Shown: positions 1-12,400 of the stretch, piece by piece | Numbering within the stretch: the stretch's first letter is position 1 | Layout: each line of letters begins with the position of its first letter | DNA from: Planctomycetota bacterium | Lineage (GTDB): Bacteria; Planctomycetota; PLA2; JAEUHO01 | Direction: 5' to 3' | NCBI GenBank assembly: GCA_050248855.1 | Contig: JBFWRP010000018.1 | Span: forward strand, 1-64,000 | Length of the DNA stretch: 64,000 nucleotides | Translations under genes and position numbers: made by a program | The notes under the pieces: model-generated | Told to the model about the DNA's origin: nothing | Seen by the model: the letters and a program-made list of their open reading frames with translations, nothing else | The model's database searches: none

Positions 1-1881
1 GCCCCCGACCTTCCCATCGTCTTCGCCAATCCCGCCTTCGAGGAGATGACGGGCTACGCGGCAGAGGATGTGGTCGGTCGCAACTGCCGCATGCTCCCGG
101 GGCCCGACACGGATCCGAAGGCCGTGGCCGCCCTGCGGGCGGCCATCGACGCCGAACAGCCGGCGCGCGCCGTGCTGCTCAACTACCGCAAGGACGGCTC
201 GCCGTTCTGGAACGAGATCTCGATCGCCCCCGTGCGATCCGACGACGGGGCGGTCACGCACTTCGTGGGCAGCACCTCCGACGTAAGCAGCCGCGTCGAG
301 ACCGAGCACCTCCTGGCCCAGGCCCGGGAAGCTGCCGAGGCCGCCAGCCGCAGCAAGTCCCACTTCGTGGCGGCCATCAGTCACGAGCTGAGGACGCCGC
401 TCGGCGCACTGCTCGGGTTCGCCGACGTCCTCCTCAACGAGGTCGCCGACCCGCGCGTGCGCGCCTCGGTCGAAGCCATGCGCCGCAACGGTGAGCACCT
501 CACGTCCTTGGTCAACGACTTGCTCGACATCGCCGGCATGGAAGCAGGCCGTCTCACGCTCCACCGGGAGCCCGTGGCGCTCCTGTCCGTCCTCGACGAC
601 GTACGCAGCCTGGCGCTGCCGAAGGCGATCGAGAAGGGCCTGGACCTGCGCTTCCTCTTCACGACGCGCTTGCCGGAGACCGTGATCGCCGACGCCACGC
701 GGCTCCGGCAGATCGTATTGAACCTGGTGGGCAACGCGGTCAAGTTCACCAGCGTCGGGCGGGTCCATGTCGAAGTCGCCTGCCGAGCCGAGCGGCCACC
801 GCGCCTGCGGATCGAGGTGCGGGACACGGGCCTCGGGATGACGGCGGCGCAGCAGGCCCGGCTCTTCGAGCCGTTCTCGCGCGTGCACGAGTCGGCCCAG
901 CACAGCTTCCCGGGCACGGGGCTCGGCCTGAGCATCACGAAGCACCTCGTGGAGCGCATGGGCGGGTCGATCGAGGTGACCAGTGCCCTCGGGGTCGGCT
1001 CGACCTTCCGCGTAGACCTCCCCCTGGAGGTGCCCGCGTCCGCCGCGTGGCTCGACGCCGAGAGCGCCTTGACCACCCTGCGCCAAGCGGGCGTCCACGC
1101 AACCCAGCCCCTGCCGCGCTTGCCCGACGGCTGCCGCGTCCTCGTGGCCGACGACGAAGCGGACATCCGCAGGTACCTCGCCGATCTCCTGGGCCAGGCG
1201 CGCGCCGAGGTGGAGGTGGTGTCCGACGGCATCCAGGCCATCGACCGCCTCTTGGCCGCGCATGGCTCGGACGAGCCGTTCGACCTCGTCGTGCTCGACA
1301 TCCAGATGCCCGGCCGCGACGGTGTCGAAGTGCTCCAGCACGTGCGCGCGGCCGGTGACTACACCTCGGCGATCGCCATCAGTGCGGGCGCGATGGCCGA
1401 GGAACGGGGCCGCTGCCTGGAGGCGGGCTTCTTGCGCTTCTTCGCGAAGCCGGTGGACGCCCATCGCTTCCTCGAGAGCGCGGCGACGATCATCGGCCGC
1501 CGCAACCGTCCCCGCAGCGAGACGATCCGCTCCGTGCTGGTCGTGGAGGACGATCCCGACGCCGCACGGAGCCTTGCGCTGCTCATCGAGCGATGGGGCT
1601 GCGAGGTCCGGGTGGCCGAGTCGCTACGGGAAGCGGTCATGCTCGTCCGGTCGCGACGACCGCAAGCGATCGCCGTGGACATGGGCCTGCCCGACGGAGA
1701 TGGCGCCACGCTTCCCGCGCTGCTGCGCGACGCGGGGATCGACCTCGACGGCATCGAGCTCGGCGCGTTGACCGGCGAAGCAGGGGACGCGGTCGCGCGC
1801 CGGGTGCAGGCGGCCGGGTTTGGTCTCCACCTCGTCAAGCCGGTGGATCCCGACCGCCTGCGCGAGTTCTGCTGCCCTTGA
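1..1881 (+). CDS. LOV/PAS-domain hybrid sensor histidine kinase with two receiver domains (5'-partial)
   Basis: Frame is open from base 1 (APDLPIVFANPAFEEMTGY...GRNCRML). Contains LOV-like NYRKDG..FWN, H-box SHELRTP, N-box NLVGNAVKFT, GTGLGL, and two REC domains (LDIQMP, VDMGLP). Confidence 0.9.
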   Translation, partial: APDLPIVFANPAFEEMTGYAAEDVVGRNCRMLPGPDTDPKAVAALRAAIDAEQPARAVLLNYRKDGSPFWNEISIAPVRSDDGAVTHFVGSTSDVSSRVETEHLLAQAREAAEAASRSKSHFVAAISHELRTPLGALLGFADVLLNEVADPRVRASVEAMRRNGEHLTSLVNDLLDIAGMEAGRLTLHREPVALLSVLDDVRSLALPKAIEKGLDLRFLFTTRLPETVIADATRLRQIVLNLVGNAVKFTSVGRVHVEVACRAERPPRLRIEVRDTGLGMTAAQQARLFEPFSRVHESAQHSFPGTGLGLSITKHLVERMGGSIEVTSALGVGSTFRVDLPLEVPASAAWLDAESALTTLRQAGVHATQPLPRLPDGCRVLVADDEADIRRYLADLLGQARAEVEVVSDGIQAIDRLLAAHGSDEPFDLVVLDIQMPGRDGVEVLQHVRAAGDYTSAIAISAGAMAEERGRCLEAGFLRFFAKPVDAHRFLESAATIIGRRNRPRSETIRSVLVVEDDPDAARSLALLIERWGCEVRVAESLREAVMLVRSRRPQAIAVDMGLPDGDGATLPALLRDAGIDLDGIELGALTGEAGDAVARRVQAAGFGLHLVKPVDPDRLREFCCP

Positions 1882-1912
1882 GCGGGACGGCTGCCCCGGA
1901 TCGGAGCGAGCG

Positions 1913-2080
1913 CTACGTGAGATCGACACGACGTCCGCGGATCAAGCTGATCACGAACAGCACGAGGAACACGAAGAAGAGGATCTTGGCGATGAGGATG
2001 GCCGTGCCACCGATGATGCCGAAACCAAGGGCACCGGCGATCAAGGCGATGATCAGGAAAATGAGCGACCAGCCCAACAT
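1913..2080 (-). CDS. DUF1328/UPF0391 (YtjA-like) small membrane protein
   Basis: 55 aa [52 protein letters not shown] upstream of the ATG. Confidence 0.9.
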   Translation of the reverse strand: MLGWSLIFLIIALIAGALGFGIIGGTAILIAKILFFVFLVLFVISLIRGRRVDLT

Positions 2081-2159
2081 GGGACGTCTCCTGGGTAGGG
2101 GGCGCGGGACCAGGTCGAGGAGGCGTCCCCGGGGTCCCGAACCGATTCGGCAGGACCCG

Positions 2160-2175
2160 CGCACGACGCATGCCA
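2160..2175 (-). promoter_or_regulatory. putative sigma-54 (-24/-12) promoter for the DUF1328 gene
   Basis: Minus strand reads TGGCATGCGTCGTGCG (GG-N10-GC), about 80 nt upstream of the ATG. Confidence 0.6.
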
Positions 2176-2266
2176 GAGGACGACGTGGGCGCGCTGGACA
2201 CGCGCCGGGCCCCTGGCCGTGGCATTTCTGCCCCCTCGTGTTCCCTCCTGCCCGTAGCCTGCTCCC

Positions 2267-2962
2267 GTGACGAACGCCTCCACGTCGGCCGCCAGCGTCC
2301 CCTCTGACCGCGTCGTGCTCGCCGCGCTGCTGCACCGACTGGGCTCGCCGCTCGGCGCGCTCGTGAACTACGTGCACCTTGCCGACGAGGGCAACCACGC
2401 CGATCCCCTGCTGCGCGACGCATGGGCCGGCATCCACAGCGCCATCAAGGACCTGCGTACGGCGCTGGACGGCGGACGGCGTTGGCTGAACGCGCTGGAC
2501 GTCGACGTTGCCTCGAAGCGTCCCTTGCGCGACATCGTGGACGCAGCGGAGGCGCGCGTGACGACGGCCGCGGGAACGCAGCCCGTCGTCACGCGGGCCC
2601 TCGGCGCCGCGGAACAGATGCCGGTGCCCGTCGCCCTGGAGGACGTGCTGGCCGAGCTCTTCCTCAATGCCGCGCGCTGCGGAGGCGCGAAGGACATCCA
2701 CGTGCGCGTCCAGCTGGAGCCGGGCACGCGCATGCTCAGGATCGCCGTCGACGACGACGGAGCGGGCTGGCCGGTCGACGACCGGGGGCGTGCCTTCGAG
2801 CCGTTCCGGCGCTGGCCCGGGAGCAGCGAGGTGCCGCCGGCGGGCCCCGGCTGCGGACTGTCGATCGTGGCCTTGACGGCAGCGCGCCTGGGCGGCGAAG
2901 CGTGGGGCGAGCACGGTGCGCGCGGGGGGGCCTGCGTCGTGGTCACCCTGGCCGCCACGTAG
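2267..2962 (+). CDS. sensor-less histidine kinase-like protein (DHp + HATPase_c)
   Basis: Degenerate H-box LHRLGSPL, N-box ELFLNA, G1 DDGAG, F-box AFEPF, G2 GCGLSIV. Confidence 0.75.
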   Translation: MTNASTSAASVPSDRVVLAALLHRLGSPLGALVNYVHLADEGNHADPLLRDAWAGIHSAIKDLRTALDGGRRWLNALDVDVASKRPLRDIVDAAEARVTTAAGTQPVVTRALGAAEQMPVPVALEDVLAELFLNAARCGGAKDIHVRVQLEPGTRMLRIAVDDDGAGWPVDDRGRAFEPFRRWPGSSEVPPAGPGCGLSIVALTAARLGGEAWGEHGARGGACVVVTLAAT

Positions 2963-3028
2963 GCCCCGCCCCCCGCGACCTCTGGCCGCGGCGCGTCCCC
3001 CGGCCGCCCGTCTCCTGGGGATACGGGG

Positions 3029-3044
3029 TGGCACGCGTTTCGCA
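3029..3044 (+). promoter_or_regulatory. putative sigma-54 (-24/-12) motif upstream of the sigma-54 activator
   Basis: TGGCACGCGTTTCGCA (GG-N10-GC). It lies very close to the AAGGAG and the ATG at 3057. Confidence 0.5.
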
Positions 3045-3056
3045 AAGGAGCACGTC

Positions 3057-4538
<1,482 letters not shown>

Positions 4539-5176
4539 CGCTGGCGACGGTGCGGGCGCTGCGCGATGCGACGCAACCACGCCACGATGTCGTCGCCGCT
4601 GCCGACGGCGTTGCACTGGAGCACGCGGCCCTGGCGCAGGTAGTCGATCCACGTGGACGGATAGGCCTGCTCCAAGTGTGCGGTCGCCCAGTCGTCCACG
4701 AAGTACCAGTCGCACCTGGTGTCGATGTAGCGCCCGCGGTGGATCGGGTCGAAGACCGGACGGACGTGCGTCCGGAACCACTCGCCGTCGCGCAACGTGC
4801 CGCCGCAGAGGTGAAGCACGGTGTCCATCAAGTCCTCGCCGGGGCGCTGCGCGGCGACCAGCCGGCCGATGGACACGGCATCGCTGACGCATACGAGGCG
4901 ATCGAACCCGGCGGAGCGCACGAGACGCTCGAAACGGCCGTGGGCCAGGGCCCGCTTGGCCGCTCCGAAGGTCTCGTGCACCAGGGTCCCGTCGATGTCG
5001 AAGTACAGGACTCGCTCGCGGGTCGCGTCGTAGGCGCGCATGGACAGGCTCCCGGGCCGGACGACGGCCCGCAGCGCCCGGGAGCAAGGGCCGTACCGGG
5101 GCCGAACAGGCCCCCGAACGGGCGTCCGGGAGACGCCTGGAGAGCGGGAGGGCACGCACGCGGGGGCCCGGGCGAC

Positions 5177-5192
5177 TGGCAAGCCACTTGCG
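5177..5192 (+). promoter_or_regulatory. putative sigma-54 (-24/-12) promoter for the PAS / hybrid kinase operon
   Basis: TGGCAAGCCACTTGCG (GG-N10-GC with TTGC), 40 nt upstream of the ATG at 5232. Confidence 0.7.
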
Positions 5193-5231
5193 TCCCCGCG
5201 TCCTGGGAGGAAGGGTCTCCCGCGAGTCGCC

Positions 5232-5573
5232 ATGCAGCAAGAGCTCACCTCCCCCGTGGCCAAGCTGGTCGTCGACCTCGACGGCCGCATCGTGGACGCG
5301 GATCCTGGCGCCATGCAGCTGCTCGACGCCCCGCCCAGCGACCTGCGCGGCACGTCCTTGGGCGACTGGCTCGTGCACCACGAGACGCGCCTGCGCACGA
5401 TGCTCAAGCGCGTCGGCCGGCACCTCGCGCCGGCGCTACCCTCGGGGCGCGCGACCGGCGCGTGGTCCACGCTCGAAGTCCGCGGCGCCCGCGGGCGCGG
5501 CCGTCGATGCATGATCCACTTGGCCGTGCGCGATGACGGGCTGCTGGACATGTGCCTGGCACCCATGCCGTGA
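5232..5573 (+). CDS. small stand-alone PAS-like protein
   Basis: LVVDLDGRIVDADPGAMQLL...LRGTSLGDWL PAS-like pattern; GGAGG upstream. Confidence 0.6.
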   Translation: MQQELTSPVAKLVVDLDGRIVDADPGAMQLLDAPPSDLRGTSLGDWLVHHETRLRTMLKRVGRHLAPALPSGRATGAWSTLEVRGARGRGRRCMIHLAVRDDGLLDMCLAPMP

Positions 5574-5584
5574 CCGGGAGCGTC

Positions 5585-8212
5585 ATGCAGAAGGACGATG
5601 AGGACCTCGAACGGGGGAGGCTCGAGGGCGTGCGGGGGCCCTGGCCGGGCGTGGACGCCGAGGCCGTGCTCGACGCCCTGCTCGATGCCACGGCCGTCGC
5701 CGTGCTCGGCCAGGATCTCGGCGGCCGCATCACGCTCTGGAACGCGGGCGCCGAGGAGATGTACGGCTGGGCCCCGGCCGAAGTCGTGGGGTCGTCGATC
5801 GAGCGCATCATCCCCGCCGACCTGGTCGCGGAATACCGCTTCCTGCTGGAGCGGGTGAGCTCCGGGGAGCGCGTCCAGGAGCTCCTCACGCACCGCACGC
5901 GAAAGGACGGCGAACGCGTCGACGTATCCCTCACGCTGCTCCCGATCTCCGCGCCGGACGGCACGGTCGTCGGGTTGGTCACGACCGAGCGCGACGTCAC
6001 GCGGCGCCGCCGCGTGGATGCGGTTGCGGACGGCCAGCGACGTCTCATGGAGACGCTGGCCCGCACGGGCCACCTTGCGGACGGCCTCCAGCACTTGCTG
6101 GACGCCGTGGAGGGGATGACGAGCCGCGGCGGTCGACCGTGCATCATGCACCTCAAGCACGAGCGCCATGTGCTCGTGCCGCTCGCCGCCCGCCTGCCGG
6201 CACCTGTGGACGAGGCCCTTCGACAGGGCGTGCCCATCGCCCCGGGCGGCCATCCGGCCGGCGAGGCCGCGTTCCGCCGGCAAGCCGTGGCCCTGGAGAG
6301 ACTGCCGGCAAGCGCGCCCGCTTGGACCGCGCTGCACGCGGCCATGCGGGCCAACCAGACGGTTGCGTGCTTCAGCACGCCAATCCTCTCGCCAGGCGGC
6401 GAGGTGCTCGGCACCGTCGACGTCTACGACCCGGAAGAGGGCGCGCCCAGCGCGGAGGACTTGACGCTCGCCGCGTCGCTGGCCTCGGTCGCAGCACTCG
6501 CCATCGAGCGGGCCGAGTCCGAGCGCGACCTGCGTGCGCAGCGCGAGGTCCTGTCGGCGCTGTACGAGATCAACGCCCTGATCGCCGCGGAGATGGATGC
6601 CGGACGCATCATCAACCGCGTCACGGAAGAAGCCACGCGCCTCGTGGAGGCCCAGATGGGCGTGTTCTTCCGCACCGCGGGCGTGGGGACGACGGGGCGC
6701 TTCGAGCTCCAGGCCCTGGCCGGCATCCCGCGCGAGCGCTTCCGGAGCTTGCCCATGCCGCGGGGCACGCCGCTCTTCCAGCAGACGCTGGTCACGGGCA
6801 GCGTCCAGCGCTTCGACGACGTGTCGCGGGACCCGCGCTACGGCAAGAACGGTCCCTTCCATGGCACGCCGGCCGGCCACCCCCCCGTGCGCAGCTACAT
6901 GGCCACCAGCGTCCGCACCCGCTCGGGCGACGTCTTGGGACTGCTGCTCTTCGGTCACGAGCAACCGCAACGCTTCACGCGCTGGCACGAGGAGATCGTG
7001 CGCGGGATCGCCGCCCAGACTGCGCTGGCCCTGGACACGGCACGGCTCTACCAGCAGGCCTCCGAGCGGGCCTTGGCGCTCACCCAGGCCGACCAGCGCA
7101 AGAACGAGTTCCTCGCGATGCTCGGTCACGAGCTGCGCAACCCCTTGGGTGCCATGCGCAGCAGCCTCGAGCTGCTCAAGCCCGACGCATGCGAGGGTGG
7201 GGACGTGGCCGAGCAAGAGGCGCTGCAGATCCTCACGCGACAAGCGCGCCACATGGGCCGGCTCGTGGACGACCTGCTCGACGTGAGCCGCATCACGCAG
7301 GGCAAGATCCTGCTCCGACGTCGCGTGCTGGACGCTCGGGGGCCCATCCACGAGGCCGTGGCCAGCGCCCGCGGCGCCGTGCGCGAGACGGCACACCGCA
7401 TCGAGGTGAGCGTGCCGAGCGAGCCCGTGTGGGTGGATGCCGATCCGGTGCGCCTCGAGCAGGTCGTGGGGAACCTCCTGCACAACGCGATCAAGTTCTC
7501 CGAGGGCGGGTCGGCCATCCACGTGGAAGCCGAAGAGCGCGAGGGCGTGTTCGTGCTCACCGTGCGCGACGAGGGACAAGGCATCCCGCCCGAGCAGCTC
7601 GTGTCGATCTTCGACCTCTTCCACCAAGCGGACCAGCCCACGCGCTCGGGGGCGGGTGGCGGCCTGGGGTTGGGCCTCACGCTCGTACGGGAGCTGGCGC
7701 GCCTGCACGGTGGACACGTCGCGGCGCGGAGCCCGGGCACGGGCCAGGGCAGCGAGTTCGAGGTGCGTCTGCCGATCGCACCAGCACCTGACGATGGCAC
7801 GGAGGCCAGCGTGCCCTCGATCCATGGCCCCCTACCGGTCCTGCGCATCCTCCTGGTCGAGGACCAACCGGATGCCGCGCGTGCGCTGGCGATGCTGCTG
7901 GGACGTTGGGGCCACAGGGTCCGCCACGCGGCCACGGGGGCCGACGGGCTCGCCTTGGCCGCGGAGCGCAGTCCCGATGTCGCCCTGCTCGATGTCGGGC
8001 TCCCCGACATGGACGGCTGGCAGCTGGCCCGCCGCCTGCGGGAGGAACCCAAGACGGCGGACATCCGCATCGCGGCCCTCACGGGTCTGGGGCAGCGCGC
8101 GGACCTCGAGCGCAGTGAGGCGGCGGGCATCGAGCGTCACTTCGTGAAGCCTGTCGATCCGGAAGCCTTGGAGGCTTGGCTGGCATCGATCGCGTCTCGC
8201 CTGGGCAAGTAG
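5585..8212 (+). CDS. hybrid histidine kinase PAS-GAF-GAF-HisKA-HATPase-REC
   Basis: PAS (WNAGAEEMYGW, RKDG), two GAF domains, GHELRNPL, NAIKFS, GLGLGL, REC LDVGLP. An alternative GTG start at 5570 overlaps the upstream stop. Confidence 0.92.
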   Translation: MQKDDEDLERGRLEGVRGPWPGVDAEAVLDALLDATAVAVLGQDLGGRITLWNAGAEEMYGWAPAEVVGSSIERIIPADLVAEYRFLLERVSSGERVQELLTHRTRKDGERVDVSLTLLPISAPDGTVVGLVTTERDVTRRRRVDAVADGQRRLMETLARTGHLADGLQHLLDAVEGMTSRGGRPCIMHLKHERHVLVPLAARLPAPVDEALRQGVPIAPGGHPAGEAAFRRQAVALERLPASAPAWTALHAAMRANQTVACFSTPILSPGGEVLGTVDVYDPEEGAPSAEDLTLAASLASVAALAIERAESERDLRAQREVLSALYEINALIAAEMDAGRIINRVTEEATRLVEAQMGVFFRTAGVGTTGRFELQALAGIPRERFRSLPMPRGTPLFQQTLVTGSVQRFDDVSRDPRYGKNGPFHGTPAGHPPVRSYMATSVRTRSGDVLGLLLFGHEQPQRFTRWHEEIVRGIAAQTALALDTARLYQQASERALALTQADQRKNEFLAMLGHELRNPLGAMRSSLELLKPDACEGGDVAEQEALQILTRQARHMGRLVDDLLDVSRITQGKILLRRRVLDARGPIHEAVASARGAVRETAHRIEVSVPSEPVWVDADPVRLEQVVGNLLHNAIKFSEGGSAIHVEAEEREGVFVLTVRDEGQGIPPEQLVSIFDLFHQADQPTRSGAGGGLGLGLTLVRELARLHGGHVAARSPGTGQGSEFEVRLPIAPAPDDGTEASVPSIHGPLPVLRILLVEDQPDAARALAMLLGRWGHRVRHAATGADGLALAAERSPDVALLDVGLPDMDGWQLARRLREEPKTADIRIAALTGLGQRADLERSEAAGIERHFVKPVDPEALEAWLASIASRLGK

Positions 8213-8340
8213 CGCCCTCGGGCGTGTCCCCAGGAAACACTTGCGTATCTTGGAGAAACACCCTCCCGTCACGTGCCCGGACAGGCCCGGACGGCGGGTC
8301 AGGGCACGCGTCGTGCAGGCCGACCCATCCCGGCACCGGC

Positions 8341-9402
8341 ATGTCCCAGATCACCCACGGCCCCCACCTCCTGCAGCGACTGCGCGTCGTCGCTCCCTGG
8401 CTCGCTGCCGACCTGCCGGCAGGCGAGGGCCTGCACCTGCTGACCTCGATCGACGCCGAGGTGATCCCGCCCGAGTCGGTCCTCCTCGAGCGCGGCGCGC
8501 CCGCCGACCACGCCCTCCTCGTCGTGGATGGCGAGCTGCAGGTCACGGAGTGGCGCGGGGAGGATGCGCTGGAGACCCACGTGCGGAGCCCCGGCACGGT
8601 CGTCGGGCTGGAGGCGCTCGTGCTGCCCGGGCCGTCGCCGCGGAGCGTCCAGACGCGGGGCCGCGCCATCGTGGTGCGGCTGACGCCCGAGCTCTACCTC
8701 GGCGCGCTCACCCGGAGCCTGCTGCTGGGGGGACGGCTGGCGGCGCGTGCAGCGCGCCAGCTGACGCGCCGCATGCGGGCCATGACCGAGGAGCTGGCGC
8801 AGCGGGCGTGCTCGACCAACCCGCTGCCCCCACCGGACGAGGACACGCCGGTGCCCGGGGTCATGGCACCGCACGAGTCGACGCATGGGACATGGCGCGC
8901 CGACCGCCATCTGCTCCTTGCCACGTTCGACGAGATGGGGCTGTTCCGACGCGTCGCGCGAGGCCGCCCCGATCTGGCGGAGGCCCTCCGCTCGGACCTG
9001 GAAACGGTTGCCTGGCCGATGGAGCTGCGGGCTCGGCTGCACGACGAAGTGCTGCAGGCCCAGGGTGCGCCCCCCGGCGCCCTGCACGTGGTGCTCGCCG
9101 GCACGGCACGCCGCGAGGTGCACTGCGCCGGCTCCGACGGGACGATCTCGCTCAAGGCCCTGCACCCCGGTGACGTGTTCGGCCAGACGGCGCTCTGCGA
9201 TGGACAGGGAGCCGCAGCCGAGGTGCGAGCGCTGGGCGCCTGCGCCGTGGCCTCGCTGTACGCGGAGCCCACCACCCGCATCCTCGAGCAGGCCGAGCAC
9301 GGCCTCTCGAGTGCGGTGCGCCTGACCGACTGGATGGCCAGCCAGATCGCCGCCGACCTCGCGTTCGTCCGCGAAGAGTGGAAGCAGGGCGCCGCGCTCT
9401 AG
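8341..9402 (+). CDS. tandem cyclic-nucleotide-binding-like domain protein without HTH
   Basis: Two cNMP-like repeats (G..AD...VVDG.L.V...PG.VVG..AL; QG.....HVVLAG...PGDVFGQ.AL). Its stop overlaps the nrdJ stop (CTAG). Confidence 0.7.
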   Translation: MSQITHGPHLLQRLRVVAPWLAADLPAGEGLHLLTSIDAEVIPPESVLLERGAPADHALLVVDGELQVTEWRGEDALETHVRSPGTVVGLEALVLPGPSPRSVQTRGRAIVVRLTPELYLGALTRSLLLGGRLAARAARQLTRRMRAMTEELAQRACSTNPLPPPDEDTPVPGVMAPHESTHGTWRADRHLLLATFDEMGLFRRVARGRPDLAEALRSDLETVAWPMELRARLHDEVLQAQGAPPGALHVVLAGTARREVHCAGSDGTISLKALHPGDVFGQTALCDGQGAAAEVRALGACAVASLYAEPTTRILEQAEHGLSSAVRLTDWMASQIAADLAFVREEWKQGAAL

Positions 9403-12400
9403 CTGCAGCCGGACGTCGCCCCGCAGGTGTCGCACTTGGTGCAGGTGCCGTTGCGCACCATGGTGAAGCTGCCGCAGTCACCGCAGGCATCGCCTGTGTA
9501 GCCCTGCAGGCGGGCCTTCTCGACCATGGACAGCGCCGCGGGACGCTTGCGGGATGCGAAGCGTGGTGTGGCCAGCGGTGACGCATCGACCGTCGGCATC
9601 GTCGCCATCGGCGTCGTCGCCACGACGCGCTGCAGGCCCACGCTGGGCGGATGCACGGCCTTGGGCGCGAACACCCCCCCGCGTTCGCGGACGACGGGGA
9701 GCTCCAGGCGTCGCTCGGAGATGACCTCCTCGCCGCGGAACTCGGGCTCCGGATCGGCGCGGACCGCATCGGGCTCGAGGTCCTCGCTGTCGACGTGGGC
9801 CAGGTCCTTGCGGTCCAGGTACGTGACGGCAAGCTCGCGGAACACGTAGTCGATGATCGAGGTGCTGCTCTTGATGCGGTCGTTGCCCGAGACGATGCCG
9901 TTGGGCTCGAAGCGGGTGAACGTGTACGCCTCGACGAACTCCTCCAGCGGCACGCCGTACTGGAGGCCCAGCGATACGGCGATGGCAAAGCAGTTCATGA
10001 GGCTGCGGAAGGCGGCACCCTCCTTGTGCATGTCGACGAAGATCTCGCCGAGCGAGCCATCGTCGTACTCGCCGGTGCGCAAGTAGACCTTGTGCTGGCC
10101 GATCATGGCCTTCTGCGTGTAGCCACCGCGACGCTGCGGCAGGCGACGGCGCTTGGCCAGGTAGCGGTACACGACCCGTTCCATCACTTCACGCGCAGCC
10201 GCCACCTCAGGCGCAGCAGCCGCCTCGAGGGTAGCAGCTGCGGAAGTAGGGTCCTGGCTGCCCGCCGCCTCGGCTTCGGCTGCCAGCGCACCCTCGAGGT
10301 CGCCGCTGGCCGTGGCGAGCGGCTGGCTGAGCTTGCTCCCGTCGCGGTAGAGGGCCATGGCCTTGATCATGAGGCGCCAGGACAACCGGTAGGCCTCCTG
10401 CACGTCCTCGACGCTGGCCTCGTGGGGCATGTTGATGGTCTTGCTGATGGCGCCCGAGATGAAGGGCTGGGCTGCCGCCATCTGGCGGATGTGGCCCTCG
10501 AACGAGATGAAGCGCCTGCCCTTGCGACCGCAGCGGTTGGCGCAGTCGAACACGGGCAGGTGCTTGTCCTCCAGGTGCGGAGCGCCCTCGATCGTCATCG
10601 TGCCGCAGATGTGGTCGTTGGCGGCGCGGATCTGGGCCTCGTCGAAACCCAGGTGGTGGAGCAAGTCGAACGAGGGGTCCTCGTAGACGGCCTTGGAGAG
10701 ACCCAGCTCGTGCTCCAGGGCCTCGTCGCCGACGCCCCAGCGGTTGAGCACGAAGCTGACGTCGAACGCCGAGCGCATCTGGCCCTCGAGGCGGTCGACC
10801 GTGGCCTGGCTCAGGCCCTTGACGCGCAACGAGACGTCGTTGACGTGCGGCGCCCCACGCAGCGAGCCCGTGCCCTTGACGTAGGCGACGATGTCCTCGA
10901 TCTGCTGGGGTCCGTACCCCAGGTTGGCCAGCGCGATGGGCACCGCACGGTTGATGATCCGGAAGTAGCCGCCGCCGGCGAGCTTCTTGAACTTGACCAG
11001 GGCGAAGTCCGGCTCGATGCCGGTGGTGTCGCAGTCCATGACCAAGCCGATCGTGCCCGTCGGCGCGAGCACGGTGACCTGCGCGTTGCGGTAGCCGTGC
11101 TTCTCTCCCAGCTCGAGGGCCGCGTCCCAGGAGGAGCGGGCCGCCTCCAGCAGGTAGTCCGGGCAGACGTCGGCGTCGATCCCGCAGGGCGTCACGGTGA
11201 GGTCCTCGTACTCCTCGCCCGGAGCGCCGTAGGCCGCGCGCCGGTGGTTGCGCATGACGCGCAGCATGTGCTCGCGGTTGCGTTCGTAGCCGGGGAACGC
11301 ACCGAGGCGCTCGGCCATCTCGGCCGAGGTGGCGTAGGACGTGCCGCAGAGGATCGCCGTGAGGGCGCCGGTCCAGGCGCGTCCTTCGTCGCTGTCGTAG
11401 GGGATGCCCAGGCGCATCAGCAGCGCACCGAGGTTGGCGTAGCCCAGGCCGAGCGTGCGGAACTCGTAGGAGAGCCTGGCGATGGCCTTGCTGGGGAACT
11501 GGGCCATCAACACCGAGATCTCGAGCACCATCGTCCAGAGCCGCACGGCGTGGCGGTAGCCCGCGACGTCGAACGAGCCCGTGGCGTCGTCGAAGAACCG
11601 GCACAGGTTGAGGCTGGCCAGGTTGCACGCCGTGTCGTCGAGGAACATGTACTCCGAGCAGGGGTTGCTCGCGTTGATGCGACCGTCGACGGGGCAGGTG
11701 TGCCACTCGTTGATGGTGGTGTCGTACTGGACGCCCGGGTCAGCGCAGGCCCACGCGCTGTAGGCGATGCGGCCCCACAGCTCGCGAGCAGGCAGCGTCT
11801 TGGAGACCGCGCCGTCGGTGCGGCGCAAGAGGCGCCAGGGCTGGTCGCGATCGACGGCGTCCATGAACTCGTTGGAGAGGCGCACCGAGTTGTTGGAGTT
11901 CTGGCCGGAGACGGTGAGGTAGCTCTCGCTGTCCCAGTCGGTGCTGTAGGTCGGGATCTCGATGCCCGTGATGCCCTGGCGGGCGAGCGCGATGCAGCGC
12001 TCGACGTAGTTCATGGGGATCAGGTGGTCGCGCGCGGCCCGCACGGCGTCGCGCAGGCGCCCGTTCCTGCGCAGGTCGAAGCGCGTGCCGGCGTCCGGCC
12101 AGTCCTTGCAGGCCGCGAAGACGGCGTTCAGGTAGCGCTCGAGCGTGCGGGAGCCGGCCACGAGAGCGGCCACCTTCTGCTCCTCGTGGACCTTCCAGTC
12201 CACGAAAGCCTCGATGTCGGGGTGGTCCACGTCGAGGCAGACCATCTTGGCGGCCCGGCGGGTGGTGCCGCCCGACTTGATGGCCCCGGCGGCCCGGTCG
12301 CCGATCTTGAGGAACGACATGAGGCCGCTGGAGCGGCCGCCGCCCGAGAGCGGCTCCCCCTCGCCGCGCAGGCGGCTGAAGTTGCTGCCGGTGCCGCTGC

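Noticed and set aside
5042..7825. 1107-aa minus-strand ORF
   Set aside because: It is a shadow of the hybrid kinase; only 4502-5041 looks protein-like.
8229..8246. Fourth sigma-54 promoter (CAGGAAACACTTGCG)
   Set aside because: The GG-to-GC spacing is 8 nt rather than 10.
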